Below, piece after piece: positions 9,382 to 19,853 of a DNA stretch of 64,000 bases. The translations under genes were made by a program, and so were the position numbers. The notes under the pieces are model-generated. The model did no database searches. It was not told the DNA's origin and saw only the letters and a program-made list of their open reading frames with translations. Location of the stretch: NCBI GenBank assembly GCA_043747615.1, contig JAYTOU010000029.1:1-64000 (forward strand), in the 5' to 3' direction. Numbering within the stretch: the stretch's first letter is position 1; each line of letters opens with the position of its first letter. The DNA is from Myxococcales bacterium. GTDB taxonomy: Bacteria > Myxococcota_A > Polyangia > Polyangiales > Polyangiaceae.

Positions 9382-10578
9382 CTAAAAGTCGACGGCGATA
9401 CCGAGGGTGGTGCTTGCCCGAAACCAGACGGCGGCGGTGTTGAAGGGGGCAACGCGTGCGCCGTTGAACGCGGCGTGGAGATCGAACGCGAGGGGAGAGA
9501 GCACGAGGCGAAGCGCGGGCGCGACGCGGTAGGAGAGCTCCGTTCCCATGTGAAACGCAGGTCTTGCTCCAAAGGAGGGCGTGCACGTGGCCTCGAATAC
9601 GTCGCCTCCCACGCGATCGGCGAAGAGCGAGGCCACTCCAACGCCGAGATCGCCGCCCACGCGCATGCGATCAGACAGGCGCACACTGATCCCGCCAACC
9701 AGCATTCCCGTCAGCTCCGTCGCAGTGAACTCATTCGGGAGCGGCGCACCGCAGGTCACGGGCTGCATCGGAGCCGCGATGGTGTTCGACCATCCCGCGG
9801 TACTGATCGCGACCCGAAGCCCGGCGAAGACGAGGAGGCGATCTTCGTCCGATACGGTGTAGCGCGCAGTCGCGACGAGCGCGGGGCGAAGGCTGTCGGC
9901 GTACGTGCCCAGGCGAGGAACGGAAAATCCGCCTTCCACGCCGAGCGAGAACGGACGACCCCTCCCCGCGGCAGCAGATCCGGGCGCGCTCACGGAACCG
10001 GAGTCGCGATCGAGCTTGGCGTCGACGAGGATCGCGCGGCCATAGCGGGCGTCGATGTCCGATTCGAAGACGCCGGTGCCATCCTTCTCGACGCGCACGT
10101 GGTGCTTGCCTGCGGCTACCTCGGTGGAGAGAGGGGTCACGGCGTTTCCCGGCGGACGTCTTCCATCGATGGTCACCCGTGCGGCCGTAGGCACCGAATC
10201 GATCGCCAGCGTCGACGGGCGCCGCCGTAGATCTTGCAGCTCGCGCGTGGCGTCGGCGCGATCGCGTGGCGTGAGATCGTTTTGGGCGAGGTACCTCTCG
10301 AGGGCCGCGTCGGCCTCCTCCGGCTCATCGAGCCTCTGCTCGCACTTGGCGATGTTCCAGAGCTCCGTCGACGGCGCGCCGAGCTTGTAGGCCTCGGTGA
10401 AAAAACGGATGGCGTCGCGGTAATGGCCGTCGCGAAAGGCTCTCACACCATACTGATCGAGCTCGCGCGCGCGAACGACGTCGCCGTTGTCGCCGCGGGT
10501 CTGAGCCGCCGCCGACGCCGAAAAAAAGAGTGCACCGAAAACGACGCACGCTGCTCGGACGGTAGAGGGCGCGTCCAT
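9382..10578 (-). CDS. TPR plus PEGA domain protein with C-terminal beta-barrel-like region
   Basis: Signal peptide, TPR (AIRFFTEAY..LWNIAKC), PEGA (IDSVPTAARVTIDG..TPL); ends GIAVDF. Confidence 0.85.
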   Translation of the reverse strand: MDAPSTVRAACVVFGALFFSASAAAQTRGDNGDVVRARELDQYGVRAFRDGHYRDAIRFFTEAYKLGAPSTELWNIAKCEQRLDEPEEADAALERYLAQNDLTPRDRADATRELQDLRRRPSTLAIDSVPTAARVTIDGRRPPGNAVTPLSTEVAAGKHHVRVEKDGTGVFESDIDARYGRAILVDAKLDRDSGSVSAPGSAAAGRGRPFSLGVEGGFSVPRLGTYADSLRPALVATARYTVSDEDRLLVFAGLRVAISTAGWSNTIAAPMQPVTCGAPLPNEFTATELTGMLVGGISVRLSDRMRVGGDLGVGVASLFADRVGGDVFEATCTPSFGARPAFHMGTELSYRVAPALRLVLSPLAFDLHAAFNGARVAPFNTAAVWFRASTTLGIAVDF

Positions 10579-10599
10579 TGGCGGTGTTAAGTACTCTCT

Positions 10600-11769
10600 T
10601 CAGGCCGAAACTAGGACGATCTTCGTGACTTCAGGAGCCGCGCCCACCCGCGACGGCGGCCCTGCGACACCAAAGCCGCGATTCACCCACAGCGTCGAGC
10701 CCGCGGCCTCGTAGCGCCCGGAGACGAACTCCATGAAAAAATCCGCCGGGCGAAAACCGGGATTGATTTGCCCGCCGTGGGTATGGCCACTGAGCTGGAG
10801 GGCAACGAGCCCTTTGGCGTCGCGAAAAAATCGCGGCTGGTGAGCGAGGAGGATGCGCGGTGCATCGGGGGGCACCATGGCCATCGCCGTGTCCAGTGAG
10901 GGGCCCTCCCCACCGGAGTGCTCGGCGGAGAGATCGTCTACTCCGAGGAGCGCAAAGCCGCAGCCGTCGCCCTTTCGCAGGTGAATGCCGCTGTTCACGA
11001 GCGTGTTCACGCCGGCTGCGCGCAGGGCCGCGAGAACCTTCCGAGCTCCGGTGTAATAGTCGTGATTGCCGAGGATCGCCGCGACTCCGTCTCGCGCCTT
11101 CAATGATCCGAGTGCACGCGCCATCAGCGGCGCGAAGTGCGGATCGATGTCCACGAGGTCACCCGTCGCCACCACCAGATCCGGCTTGATTTCCGCGAGA
11201 CGGGAGAGTCCTTCGCGGAGCTCGCGCTCGCCGACGAAGAGTCCCACATGAAGATCAGAGACCTGCGCGATCGTATACCCGTCGAGCGCGCGCGGCAGGC
11301 CGACGACCTTCACCACGACCTCCTCGATCTCGAAAGCGTGCCGGCCGCGAGCCATTCCCCATCCGAGCGCCGCGCCGCTGACCCCGAGCATGGCGATGCC
11401 GCCTACTCTTTCGATCGCCTCTCGCCGTCCGACGATGGGCTCGTCCTTCGCCTTTGCCGCGACGTGGGGGGGAGCGGAGGGCACCACGGACGCAGCGGCG
11501 CCGAGGAGAAAGATAGGGATTGCTGCGACGAGGACGATCATCACTTCGATCATGCCTGCAGCGAGGAGGCTCGAGCTGACGGCGCTCGCATCGGTCCGGG
11601 CGAAGAGCCGCGCAATCGGAGTGGCCAAGATGAGCAGGCCGATGACGATGACGGCCCGCCTCTGGTGACGCGCAACGGACGGAAAGACACGAATGGCCCA
11701 GCGAAGGATCAAACCGTGACCGAAGCCGCTGGCGAGAATGAAGATGGCTAGAAAACCTATGGCGTCCAC
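10600..11769 (-). CDS. Membrane-anchored metallophosphoesterase (YkuE-like)
   Basis: SDLH, TGDLVD, GNHD, LAHQP and SGHTHGGQ motifs. Confidence 0.93.
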   Translation of the reverse strand: MDAIGFLAIFILASGFGHGLILRWAIRVFPSVARHQRRAVIVIGLLILATPIARLFARTDASAVSSSLLAAGMIEVMIVLVAAIPIFLLGAAASVVPSAPPHVAAKAKDEPIVGRREAIERVGGIAMLGVSGAALGWGMARGRHAFEIEEVVVKVVGLPRALDGYTIAQVSDLHVGLFVGERELREGLSRLAEIKPDLVVATGDLVDIDPHFAPLMARALGSLKARDGVAAILGNHDYYTGARKVLAALRAAGVNTLVNSGIHLRKGDGCGFALLGVDDLSAEHSGGEGPSLDTAMAMVPPDAPRILLAHQPRFFRDAKGLVALQLSGHTHGGQINPGFRPADFFMEFVSGRYEAAGSTLWVNRGFGVAGPPSRVGAAPEVTKIVLVSA

Positions 11770-12653
11770 CGCCCGTCTACCACGCGCTCGATGCGGCCGT
11801 AGTCGCGGGTCGCGCTGACGGACGTGAAGCCGCGCGCTTCGAAAAGCTCTTGAACCGGACCGGCTTCTCCGGCGCCGACCTCCATTGCCAAGACGCCGTT
11901 CTCGGCGAGCGAATGCGGGGCGTCGTTGATGATGCGGCGAATGAGATCGAGACCGTCGGCGCCTCCGTCGAGGGCCAGGTGAGGCTCGAAATCGCGGACG
12001 TCGGGCATCAGAGAGTCGATCTCGGCGTGCGGAATGTACGGCGGGTTTGCGGTGATGACGTCGAAGCGTGCGCGCCCCGCAATCGCGATCACCGGGGCGA
12101 AGAGGTCGCCCTCCATGAATGCCACGTTGTAGGCCCCGAGCCGGAGGGCGTTTTTTCGGGCCACGTCGAGAGCCTCACTGCTGATGTCCGTCGCGAAGAT
12201 CCGAGAAGTGACGCGCTCGCGAGCGAGGGTGATGGCGACGCATCCGCTCCCCGTGCAGAGGTCGAGAGCGCGCATGCACATCGACACGTGCGCGGTGCGC
12301 TTGAGGGCCACCTCCACGAGCGTCTCGGTGTCCGGGCGGGGGACGAGCACCCGGCGATCTACCTGAAAATTACGACCGTAGAACTCGCGCGCGCCGCGCA
12401 CGTACGCAATGGGCTCTTTCTTCCGGCGCCGCTTCACCAGCTCGCGAAAGCGGGTGAGCTCCGCATCGCCGAGCGGCCGTTTTGCGTCGATGATGAGCTG
12501 CATCCGTGTGCTGTCGAGCGCGAAGGCAAGGAGCACTTCGGCATCGAGGCGGGGCGAATCGATCCCCCGGGCGCGAAAATCCTCCGTCGCCCAGCGAACG
12601 AGCGATTCGATGGTCCACGGCCCTTCGTGCTTTTCCGCCACCAGCGCGCTCAT
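11757..12653 (-). CDS. prmC: Release factor glutamine methyltransferase
   Basis: PRLDAEVLL, EPIAY, PRPDTE, LDLCTGSG and NPPY motifs. Confidence 0.96.
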   Translation of the reverse strand: MSALVAEKHEGPWTIESLVRWATEDFRARGIDSPRLDAEVLLAFALDSTRMQLIIDAKRPLGDAELTRFRELVKRRRKKEPIAYVRGAREFYGRNFQVDRRVLVPRPDTETLVEVALKRTAHVSMCMRALDLCTGSGCVAITLARERVTSRIFATDISSEALDVARKNALRLGAYNVAFMEGDLFAPVIAIAGRARFDVITANPPYIPHAEIDSLMPDVRDFEPHLALDGGADGLDLIRRIINDAPHSLAENGVLAMEVGAGEAGPVQELFEARGFTSVSATRDYGRIERVVDGRWTP

Positions 12654-12657
12654 TACT

Positions 12658-14115
12658 TCACGTCGTCGCCGAGCCGGCGAGTCCGCGCCGTGCTTCGTGG
12701 ACGACTGCTTCGACTTCGGCGTGAATGGCATCGCGGGTTTTCTCGCTGCCCGCTTCGAAGCGCATCACCAGGACTGGCCCGGTGTTCGAGGCGCGAACCA
12801 AGCCCCACGCCGGTTCGCCCGGTTTGCCGAACTGGACGCGCGCTCCGTCGGTGTCGATAACCTCGCGGCCCGTTTTTTTGTAGTGTTCGGTCACGGCACG
12901 CACGACGTCGAACTTGACGGCGTCGGGGCAGTCGACGCGGAGCTCGGGGGTCGTAAAAGTGACCGGCACGTCGCTCAGCATCTCCTTGATGGAGCGGGGG
13001 TCAGCGGCAAGAATCTCGAGGAGACGGAGCGAAGCGTAGACGGCGTCGTCGTAACCGAAATAGCGATCGGCGAAGAAAAGGTGACCGCTCATCTCACCGG
13101 CGAGGAGCGCGCCGGTCTCTTTCATCTTTGTCTTGATGATGGAGTGCCCCGTCTTCCACATGATGGGCTGCCCGCCGTGTTTGGCGATGTCGTCGTAAAG
13201 CGTCTGCGAGCATTTCACTTCGCCGATGATCGCCGCTCCAGGGCGCTTCTCGAGGAGCGCCCTCGAGAAGAGGATCATGAGCTTGTCGCCCCAGATGATG
13301 TCTCCGTTCGCATCGACCGCGCCAAGGCGATCGGCGTCTCCGTCGTAGGCGATGCCCACCCGAGCTCCCGTCGCCCGAACGCGCTCCACGAGCGCCTTGA
13401 CGTTCTCGGGCATCGTCGGATCCGGATGGTGATTCGGAAAATTCCCGTCCATCTCGCAGAAGAGAAAATCCGGCGCGAGGCCGAGGGCATGCATGGCGGC
13501 GAGCGCCGTCGGACCGCCTGCTCCGTTGCCGGAGTCGACCACGAATTTGATGGACGTCGTCGCGAGGCGAATGTCTTTCTTCAGCACTTCGAGGTACGCG
13601 GGAAGGACGTCGACATTCTCGTGCGAGTCTTTTGCGCCAACGCGCTCATTCGCCGCGCCGGCCTCAGGGTCAAACGCGTCGTCTTCGATCAACTTTCGGA
13701 GGTTTTGAATCTCCTCTCCGAAGAAGCTCGCCTTGCCGCGCATCACCTTGAAGCCGTTGTCGCCGCCCGGATTGTGGCTGCCGGTGATCATGATCCCGCC
13801 GTCGGTGTTCAGATGATGGACCGCGAAGTAGAGGAGGGGCGTGGGGACGATGCCGATGTCGATGACGTGAACCCCGGCTCGGGTGAGGCCATCGACGAGC
13901 GCGGCATGAAGGCGCGGGCTCGAGAGGCGGCAGTCGCGTCCGACGGCGAGGCGCGTGCGTGCTCTGGTCTCGCCTGCGGCGGCGGTCTTGCTTGGCGCAG
14001 CGGCGAGCATCTTTCCTAGACCGCGGCCCAGTGCTCGCGCGAGGTCATCCGAGAGATCACGATCGGCGGCTCCGCGAACGTCGTACTCGCGGAAAATCTG
14101 TGACGGAACATGCAT
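12658..14115 (-). CDS. Phosphomannomutase/phosphoglucomutase
   Basis: IFREYDVRG, TGSHNP, YDGDADR and GEMSGH motifs. Confidence 0.96.
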   Translation of the reverse strand: MHVPSQIFREYDVRGAADRDLSDDLARALGRGLGKMLAAAPSKTAAAGETRARTRLAVGRDCRLSSPRLHAALVDGLTRAGVHVIDIGIVPTPLLYFAVHHLNTDGGIMITGSHNPGGDNGFKVMRGKASFFGEEIQNLRKLIEDDAFDPEAGAANERVGAKDSHENVDVLPAYLEVLKKDIRLATTSIKFVVDSGNGAGGPTALAAMHALGLAPDFLFCEMDGNFPNHHPDPTMPENVKALVERVRATGARVGIAYDGDADRLGAVDANGDIIWGDKLMILFSRALLEKRPGAAIIGEVKCSQTLYDDIAKHGGQPIMWKTGHSIIKTKMKETGALLAGEMSGHLFFADRYFGYDDAVYASLRLLEILAADPRSIKEMLSDVPVTFTTPELRVDCPDAVKFDVVRAVTEHYKKTGREVIDTDGARVQFGKPGEPAWGLVRASNTGPVLVMRFEAGSEKTRDAIHAEVEAVVHEARRGLAGSATT

Positions 14116-14168
14116 GTACCGCCTTACTTTCTACGACTTCGCGCAGCGCGCAAGTCCGCGTGAAACAA

Positions 14169-14852
14169 ATGCTATCTTCCCGCCTCTTGGACGCTCCGCC
14201 CCCTCCCTCGCCGCCGCCTGGCCTCGTCACCCCGTACATCGCTCCGACGGAGATCGGTCCGCGCAATGCGGAAGAGCGAGAGCTCTGCGAGCGGGCGACG
14301 CATACCGACTGGCTCTATCTGAGCGTGCTGGTCGCGGCCGATGTCGGAGCGATCATGTTCGAGGGTTATACCTGGGACGCAGATGTCGGCGGCGCGCCCG
14401 TCACCTCCGACAACCCTCTCGGGCTCGTGCACCCGCGCGCTCCGTGGACTCAGCGTCTGATTGCGCCGAGCCTCATCGGCCTCACCTGGGGGGCAACGAT
14501 CACCGGCGGCTACCTCGCGTTTCCAAAATGCTCGATCAACTGGATCCGCAACGCCCCCGTGGAAGGAGACGTTCGCTCCGACGTCCCTCTCGCGCTGGGC
14601 CTCGCGATGCTCGCCGGTGCAACGGCGCCGGTGCTCCTCGGAACCGTCGACCGATACAGCGGCCATCCTGCACCCGACGCCCTCCGCGAGCGCGTGGGGA
14701 GGCTGTTTATCGCGAGTGGAATGGGGATCATCGGTTCGCTCCTTCCGTACGTGCTCCCACCGAAGACCTGGCGCGCCGCGAAGGAGCTCCAGAAGATCCG
14801 CCTCTCCGTGGAGCCAACGGGAGCGGCGGTCGGCGTCCGCTTCATGTTCTGA
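14169..14852 (+). CDS. Hypothetical membrane protein
   Basis: Several hydrophobic segments and a C-terminal beta-strand ending GVRFMF; fills the gap between real genes. Confidence 0.7.
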   Translation: MLSSRLLDAPPPPSPPPGLVTPYIAPTEIGPRNAEERELCERATHTDWLYLSVLVAADVGAIMFEGYTWDADVGGAPVTSDNPLGLVHPRAPWTQRLIAPSLIGLTWGATITGGYLAFPKCSINWIRNAPVEGDVRSDVPLALGLAMLAGATAPVLLGTVDRYSGHPAPDALRERVGRLFIASGMGIIGSLLPYVLPPKTWRAAKELQKIRLSVEPTGAAVGVRFMF

Positions 14853-14866
14853 TGGGTGAGAGGGCC

Positions 14867-17140
14867 TCAGCCTCTGCGGAGGAATCGCGCGAGGACTTTT
14901 TTCTCGCCCCAGCCCGGAAAAAAAGCGACCACCGCCGGCTCGCCGAGGCTGATCACGCTTCGCACTTCGCCCTCACCGAAGCGGTCGTGAAGAACGCGTG
15001 AGCCCCGACGAAGGCCCTCCTCGGAGCCGCCGCTCGCGTCATCGGAGAAAAATTCGCGATCGACGAATCGCTCCCCGCTTTCTCGCGGTGGCTCACGCGC
15101 AGACACGGGCCCGGCTTGATGCCACGGCATGGGCACGAGCTCGCGCGCCGCAGACGGGCGATCGATGAAGCGGGCGGAGGGCGACGAGCCTATCGCTTTC
15201 GTTCCCTTGTGGACCACGACGTCGCTCGGCAAATCGCGGATGAAACGACTAGGCCGGCCCCAGCGCGTGGTCCCGAAAAGTTGCCGGGTCGCGGTGTGCG
15301 TGAGCACGAGCTGGTGGCGCGCGCGGGTGATGGCCACATAGGCGAGGCGGCGCTCTTCTTCCATTTCCTCGTCGCCGCCGGGTTCCATGCCGCGGTACGG
15401 GAACATCTCTTCTTCCATGCCGGTGAGGAGCACGGTCTCGAACTCGAGCCCCTTGGCGCCGTGCACCGTCATCATCGTCACGCGCGGCTCGTCCTTCATC
15501 TGATCGACGTCGCTCTGGAGCGAAATGCGCTCCAAAAAACCTGCCAACGTAGCCGGTTCGCCCGCAGCGCTCGTCTCCGCTTCGTAGTCGCGGATGGAGC
15601 CGACGAGCTCCGCCAAGTTCTCGAGACGCGCATCCGACTCGGCGTTGTTCTCGCTCCGCAGAGCTTCGCGGTACCCGGTGGCTTCGAGGACATCGAGCAG
15701 AACAGAGCTCGGAAGATCGTGCTCCACCTTTGCGCGCAACTTGTTCAGGATCTCACGCACCGCAACCAGCTTGCGCTGAGCCGCGTTGGCAATTTCGCGC
15801 GCCTCGTCGAGGATCCACAGCGCATCGTGGACGGGGATGCTTCTGCCGCTGGCGAACGCTACGAGCCGCTCGAGAGTCGTGGCGCCGATTCCGCGCGGAG
15901 GGGAATTGATGATCCGCAAGAGATCGACGTCGCTCCGAGGGTTCACCAGGATGCGCAAGTAAGAGAGCGCGTCCTTGATCTCGGCGCGTTCGTAGAACTT
16001 CGTGCCGCCGACGATCTGGTAGGGCAAATTGACGGCGCGCATGGCCTCTTCGAGCACGCGAGACTGTGCGTGGATGCGGTAGAAAACGGCCATCTCGCGC
16101 AGGCTGATCCCGCGCGCGCGTGCGCTCTCGATGGTCTTGATGACGTACGCCGCTTCGTCGCGCTCGTTCGCGCAGGCCACCACCTCGACGTGCCCGCCCT
16201 CTTCGTTCCCGGTCCACAGCTCCTTCGGGACGCGCTCGCGCGACGGGGCGATGACACCCAGGGCGGCCTTCACGATTCGGCCAGTGGAGCGGTAGTTCTG
16301 CTCGAGCTTCACGACCAGCGCACTCGGGAAGTCGTTCTTGAAGCCGCGGATGTTGCGGACGTCGGCCCCGCGCCACCGATAGATCGATTGATCGTCATCG
16401 CCTACGACGCATAAGTTTTGATGGTCTTTCGCCAAAGAGCGAATGAGCCGATACTGCATCGCGTTTGTGTCTTGGAACTCGTCCACGAGCACGTGCTCGA
16501 ATTTACGACGAATGAGCTCACTCTCGCGCAGCTCGGTGTTTTCGAGCAAACGCACCATATATCCAATCAAATCCTCGAAATCGACAGCGCCTGCGGATTT
16601 CAAATGCGCTTCGTAGCGCTTGAAAATCTTGACGATCGCGTCGTCCATGTAGGAGTCGAGGACCATCTCGTCGGGGCCACGCCCCTCCTGCTTTTCGCCG
16701 TGGATGCGAGAGAGGGCGGCGCGGGGTGGGTAGCGCTTCTCGTCGAGATCGAGCTCGCGGATGACGCGGTTCATCACCGCTTTCTGATCCTGCGTGTCGT
16801 AGATGATGAAGTTTTTCGGAAGGCCGATGGCCTCTCCGTAGCGGCGCAGGAGCTTTGCGCACGTGGCGTGGAACGTCCCCACCCAGAGGTCCTTGGCGAT
16901 GTCGTCTCCGAGGAGAGCGCTCAAGCGCGAGCGCATTTCCTGGGCGGCCTTGTTGGTGAAGGTGACCGCGAGAATGCGGTAAGGGGGCACACGCTCGCAC
17001 GCCACGAGGTTGGCCACGCGGTACGTGATCACCCTTGTTTTTCCGCTTCCCGCGCCAGCGAACACCAGGAGCGGGCCGCGCACATGGGCCACGGCCTCGG
17101 CCTGCGGCGAGTTCAGCTCGGCTTTGACGGAGGAAGACAT
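14867..17140 (-). CDS. uvrD: ATP-dependent DNA helicase UvrD/PcrA
   Basis: AGAGSGKT, VDEFQD, QSIYRWRG, HGAKGLEF and EEERRLAYVAITRA motifs; C-terminal Tudor-like domain. Confidence 0.97.
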   Translation of the reverse strand: MSSSVKAELNSPQAEAVAHVRGPLLVFAGAGSGKTRVITYRVANLVACERVPPYRILAVTFTNKAAQEMRSRLSALLGDDIAKDLWVGTFHATCAKLLRRYGEAIGLPKNFIIYDTQDQKAVMNRVIRELDLDEKRYPPRAALSRIHGEKQEGRGPDEMVLDSYMDDAIVKIFKRYEAHLKSAGAVDFEDLIGYMVRLLENTELRESELIRRKFEHVLVDEFQDTNAMQYRLIRSLAKDHQNLCVVGDDDQSIYRWRGADVRNIRGFKNDFPSALVVKLEQNYRSTGRIVKAALGVIAPSRERVPKELWTGNEEGGHVEVVACANERDEAAYVIKTIESARARGISLREMAVFYRIHAQSRVLEEAMRAVNLPYQIVGGTKFYERAEIKDALSYLRILVNPRSDVDLLRIINSPPRGIGATTLERLVAFASGRSIPVHDALWILDEAREIANAAQRKLVAVREILNKLRAKVEHDLPSSVLLDVLEATGYREALRSENNAESDARLENLAELVGSIRDYEAETSAAGEPATLAGFLERISLQSDVDQMKDEPRVTMMTVHGAKGLEFETVLLTGMEEEMFPYRGMEPGGDEEMEEERRLAYVAITRARHQLVLTHTATRQLFGTTRWGRPSRFIRDLPSDVVVHKGTKAIGSSPSARFIDRPSAARELVPMPWHQAGPVSAREPPRESGERFVDREFFSDDASGGSEEGLRRGSRVLHDRFGEGEVRSVISLGEPAVVAFFPGWGEKKVLARFLRRG

Positions 17141-17152
17141 AGACCCCTCTCT

Positions 17153-18865
17153 CTAGCGCCGCTTGTAGACACTTACGATGGGCACGCCGTCGTGGGTGAG
17201 TACGTAGGCCGGTGCCGGCGAACCGTAGGCGATCCAGATCTGATGATCGACCTCCGCCATGTGAAGCTCGTGCTGCACGAGAGAAAATTGCGCTTCGGTT
17301 GGGCTACCTACCGCCCGGAGATCGCGGCGCACGCGCCCTTCGTCTTGCAGGCGTGACCACGAGTCCCACGCCGTGTCGTGGATGAAGACACTCGCGTCGC
17401 GCGGTGCGTTGGCCGCGAGGTACGGGGCGACGCTCTCGGTCGTGAAGCCCCAAAATTGACGATTGAGCCCCAGGTCGGCGCCGCCCGCCGTTCCCCCCAC
17501 GAGCGGCACGTACGCCGATAGCCCGAAGGGATGGGAGTGCGACGTCACCACGAGCGGCGTGACGATGACGCTCGCACAAAGAGCAACGACAGCCCCTTTG
17601 CGCCGCGTGTCGTTCCACGCAGTGGGGAGAGCGTTCTCCATCGCCGTCGCCACGAGATCGAAGCCCCGACCGGCGAAGAGAACGAGGAACGGATAGGCGG
17701 GGAGCCAGTGCTTCGTGCCTCCGAAGATCGGCGTTTTGGGTAGAAAAAAAACGGCGAGCGGCGCGGCGAAGGCGAGCGCAAGGAGGAGATCGGTCTCGTT
17801 GCGATCACCGCCGCGGGAGAGGCTTTTACCCTTCGCGCGGGCCCAGTCGCGCATTCGGATGGCGGCGACCTTGGCACGATCGAACGCGCCGATCGCGAAC
17901 AGAAGGAGGGTGATCGTCGGCACGGTGGCGAGGATCATCACCGGCGCGTAGCTCGGCGGCGAAGGCGGTCCGAAGTAGTTCCGGCCGAGAAATTCGATGT
18001 TGTAGTACTCGTGATGGAGATGGAAAGTTAGGTACTCCTCGAGGCGCGCGCCCGTGTCGTTCCACATCCACGGCCACAGCGCATAGAAGACGAGCGGGCC
18101 GACGAGGGCCATCGCCACGAGGTTCGCCGGCAGCTGCAGCCGCCCCACGCGAAGGTGACGCGCCATCGCCCGGCCGTGCACGAAGAGCGCATGCGGCACG
18201 AACACCGCGGGCAAGATCCACGCGTTGTGCTTCGTCTCGAGGGTGAGGCCGAAGGTGATCCCAGCAAGGAGCGCCCAGCCGAGGCCGCCTTCTTGTTGCG
18301 ACCGCCAGTATACGTACACCGACAGAAGCCACATCGACATGATGGGCACGTCGAAGCACGCGAGGTGCGCGTGGTAAAAAACGTTGGGCATCAGCCCGAG
18401 AAGCACGGCGGCGATCAGCCCCGCGCGACGAGAAAATGCGCGCGCACCGAAGAGATAGGTAATGCCGACGCCCATCCCGGCCATGCACATTCCCGGGAAA
18501 CGAAAGGCGGTGCTGGCGTCGCTGAAGACGTGCCAGCGCTCGTGAAACTGCATCCACGAGAACGCGAAGAGGCTCTTCATCAACGCGGGGTGCTCGTGGT
18601 TCGTACCCCAAGAGGCGTCGATCGCGCCGCGCTGGAGTGCGCTCGAGGGGCTGCGCAAGAGGAGCTCGAACCAGCGCGCGTAGTCGGACGCCGCGCGAAA
18701 GTAGAAACCTTCGTCACGCGCGAATCCCAGAGAGCGCGCCGTCGCCAGGAGCCACGAGACGTAGATCGCCCCGAGCACGAGAGCGATGACCTGGTCGCGC
18801 CAGCCGAGTTTATCAGGCAGCTTGGCGATCGATTTCCAATCGAGCTTCGTCGCGTCGTCGCTCAT
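17153..18865 (-). CDS. GT-C glycosyltransferase (ArnT/PMT-2, GT39/83-like)
   Basis: RDEGFY after TM1, EHPALMK, many TM helices, ETKHNAW. Confidence 0.88.
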   Translation of the reverse strand: MSDDATKLDWKSIAKLPDKLGWRDQVIALVLGAIYVSWLLATARSLGFARDEGFYFRAASDYARWFELLLRSPSSALQRGAIDASWGTNHEHPALMKSLFAFSWMQFHERWHVFSDASTAFRFPGMCMAGMGVGITYLFGARAFSRRAGLIAAVLLGLMPNVFYHAHLACFDVPIMSMWLLSVYVYWRSQQEGGLGWALLAGITFGLTLETKHNAWILPAVFVPHALFVHGRAMARHLRVGRLQLPANLVAMALVGPLVFYALWPWMWNDTGARLEEYLTFHLHHEYYNIEFLGRNYFGPPSPPSYAPVMILATVPTITLLLFAIGAFDRAKVAAIRMRDWARAKGKSLSRGGDRNETDLLLALAFAAPLAVFFLPKTPIFGGTKHWLPAYPFLVLFAGRGFDLVATAMENALPTAWNDTRRKGAVVALCASVIVTPLVVTSHSHPFGLSAYVPLVGGTAGGADLGLNRQFWGFTTESVAPYLAANAPRDASVFIHDTAWDSWSRLQDEGRVRRDLRAVGSPTEAQFSLVQHELHMAEVDHQIWIAYGSPAPAYVLTHDGVPIVSVYKRR

Positions 18866-19809
18866 CGGGTGATCGCCTCGAAGCAGTACATGCGGCGGTT
18901 GCCATTCGCCGAAGAGATCTCCGCGACCAGCGCGCCCTTCTGTCCCTTCAGCTCGCCGGTGGGGAGCTCGAAGCCCTTCCAACCGTCGCCGTCGACGTGG
19001 GTGAGCTTTCCGAGACGACGCTCACCGACCGAAAAGACGAGCTGCACCGGTGCACCGTCGCGCGATCGCTCCGCCTCGACGTAGAGGCCGTGATGCCCAT
19101 GGAGCACGTCCCCGAAGGCGACGTTCTCAAATCGGACGCGGGTCACCGCTCCACCGCCGCTCGGCGGCGCGTAGATGCATTTGTGCGGGGTGTAGCCAAG
19201 ATCCGAGACGACCGAGATCCCCACTGGGGAGTTAGCGCATGCGAATTTCTCTCCGGGGATCGCTGGGCCGAACCCGAGGTTCCCCGTCTGCGCCGCGCCG
19301 CCGCCCACGAAGGGGCACGGCTGCTCTGTGTCGCCAGTCACGCGCGCCACCGACATCTGTGCGGGGTCCACGTGGAGGAGGAGATCGTCGATTGTTTTTT
19401 GATACGAAGGATTTTCGAACGTGGTCAGCGTGATGGCCCCGACCGCTTTCTCTTCCTTGCGACGCCAACCCGAAAGCTCGGGGGCGTGCTGCCCGCGGAT
19501 CGAAACTTCGATGGCCCGTTCGAACCGCGACGCGTCGGCGAAGGCTTCTCGCTCGAGAGTCGCGACCTCGCCGCCAAAAAATTCCCGACCGAGCGGATCG
19601 GCCCATTTTGGCGCGAAAATCACCAGATCGTCCGCTTTGGCGATGGCCTTCGTGGCGTCGCGGGCGGCGGTCCAATCGGCGTCGGGGACCACCGAGCGAA
19701 CCTGGATGACGTGAAGGATCAGCTCGACGACGGCCACCGCCGGCACGATCGCGAAGAGCCACTTTCGCCACGAGGCGACCTCCCTTGCGTCGGCCAGTCT
19801 TCCGTCCAA
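18862..19809 (-). CDS. Membrane-anchored periplasmic hypothetical protein
   Basis: One N-terminal TM segment and a beta-rich C-terminal domain with Cys residues; stop overlaps the next start (ATGA). Start uncertain. Confidence 0.75.
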   Translation of the reverse strand: MDGRLADAREVASWRKWLFAIVPAVAVVELILHVIQVRSVVPDADWTAARDATKAIAKADDLVIFAPKWADPLGREFFGGEVATLEREAFADASRFERAIEVSIRGQHAPELSGWRRKEEKAVGAITLTTFENPSYQKTIDDLLLHVDPAQMSVARVTGDTEQPCPFVGGGAAQTGNLGFGPAIPGEKFACANSPVGISVVSDLGYTPHKCIYAPPSGGGAVTRVRFENVAFGDVLHGHHGLYVEAERSRDGAPVQLVFSVGERRLGKLTHVDGDGWKGFELPTGELKGQKGALVAEISSANGNRRMYCFEAITR

Positions 19810-19853
19810 AGTGCGCGCGAGCTTACACGTATCGTGGTACGTGGCAAAAGCCG

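Noticed and set aside
12409..16414. Long antisense ORFs (12409..14019 and 15116..16414; likewise 5715..7211 and 30368..32104)
   Set aside because: These are shadow or alternative frames of well-supported genes in high-GC DNA, with no recognisable motifs.
14867..17140. UvrD helicase as part of a defence system
   Set aside because: It has canonical housekeeping PcrA/UvrD architecture and no nuclease partner.
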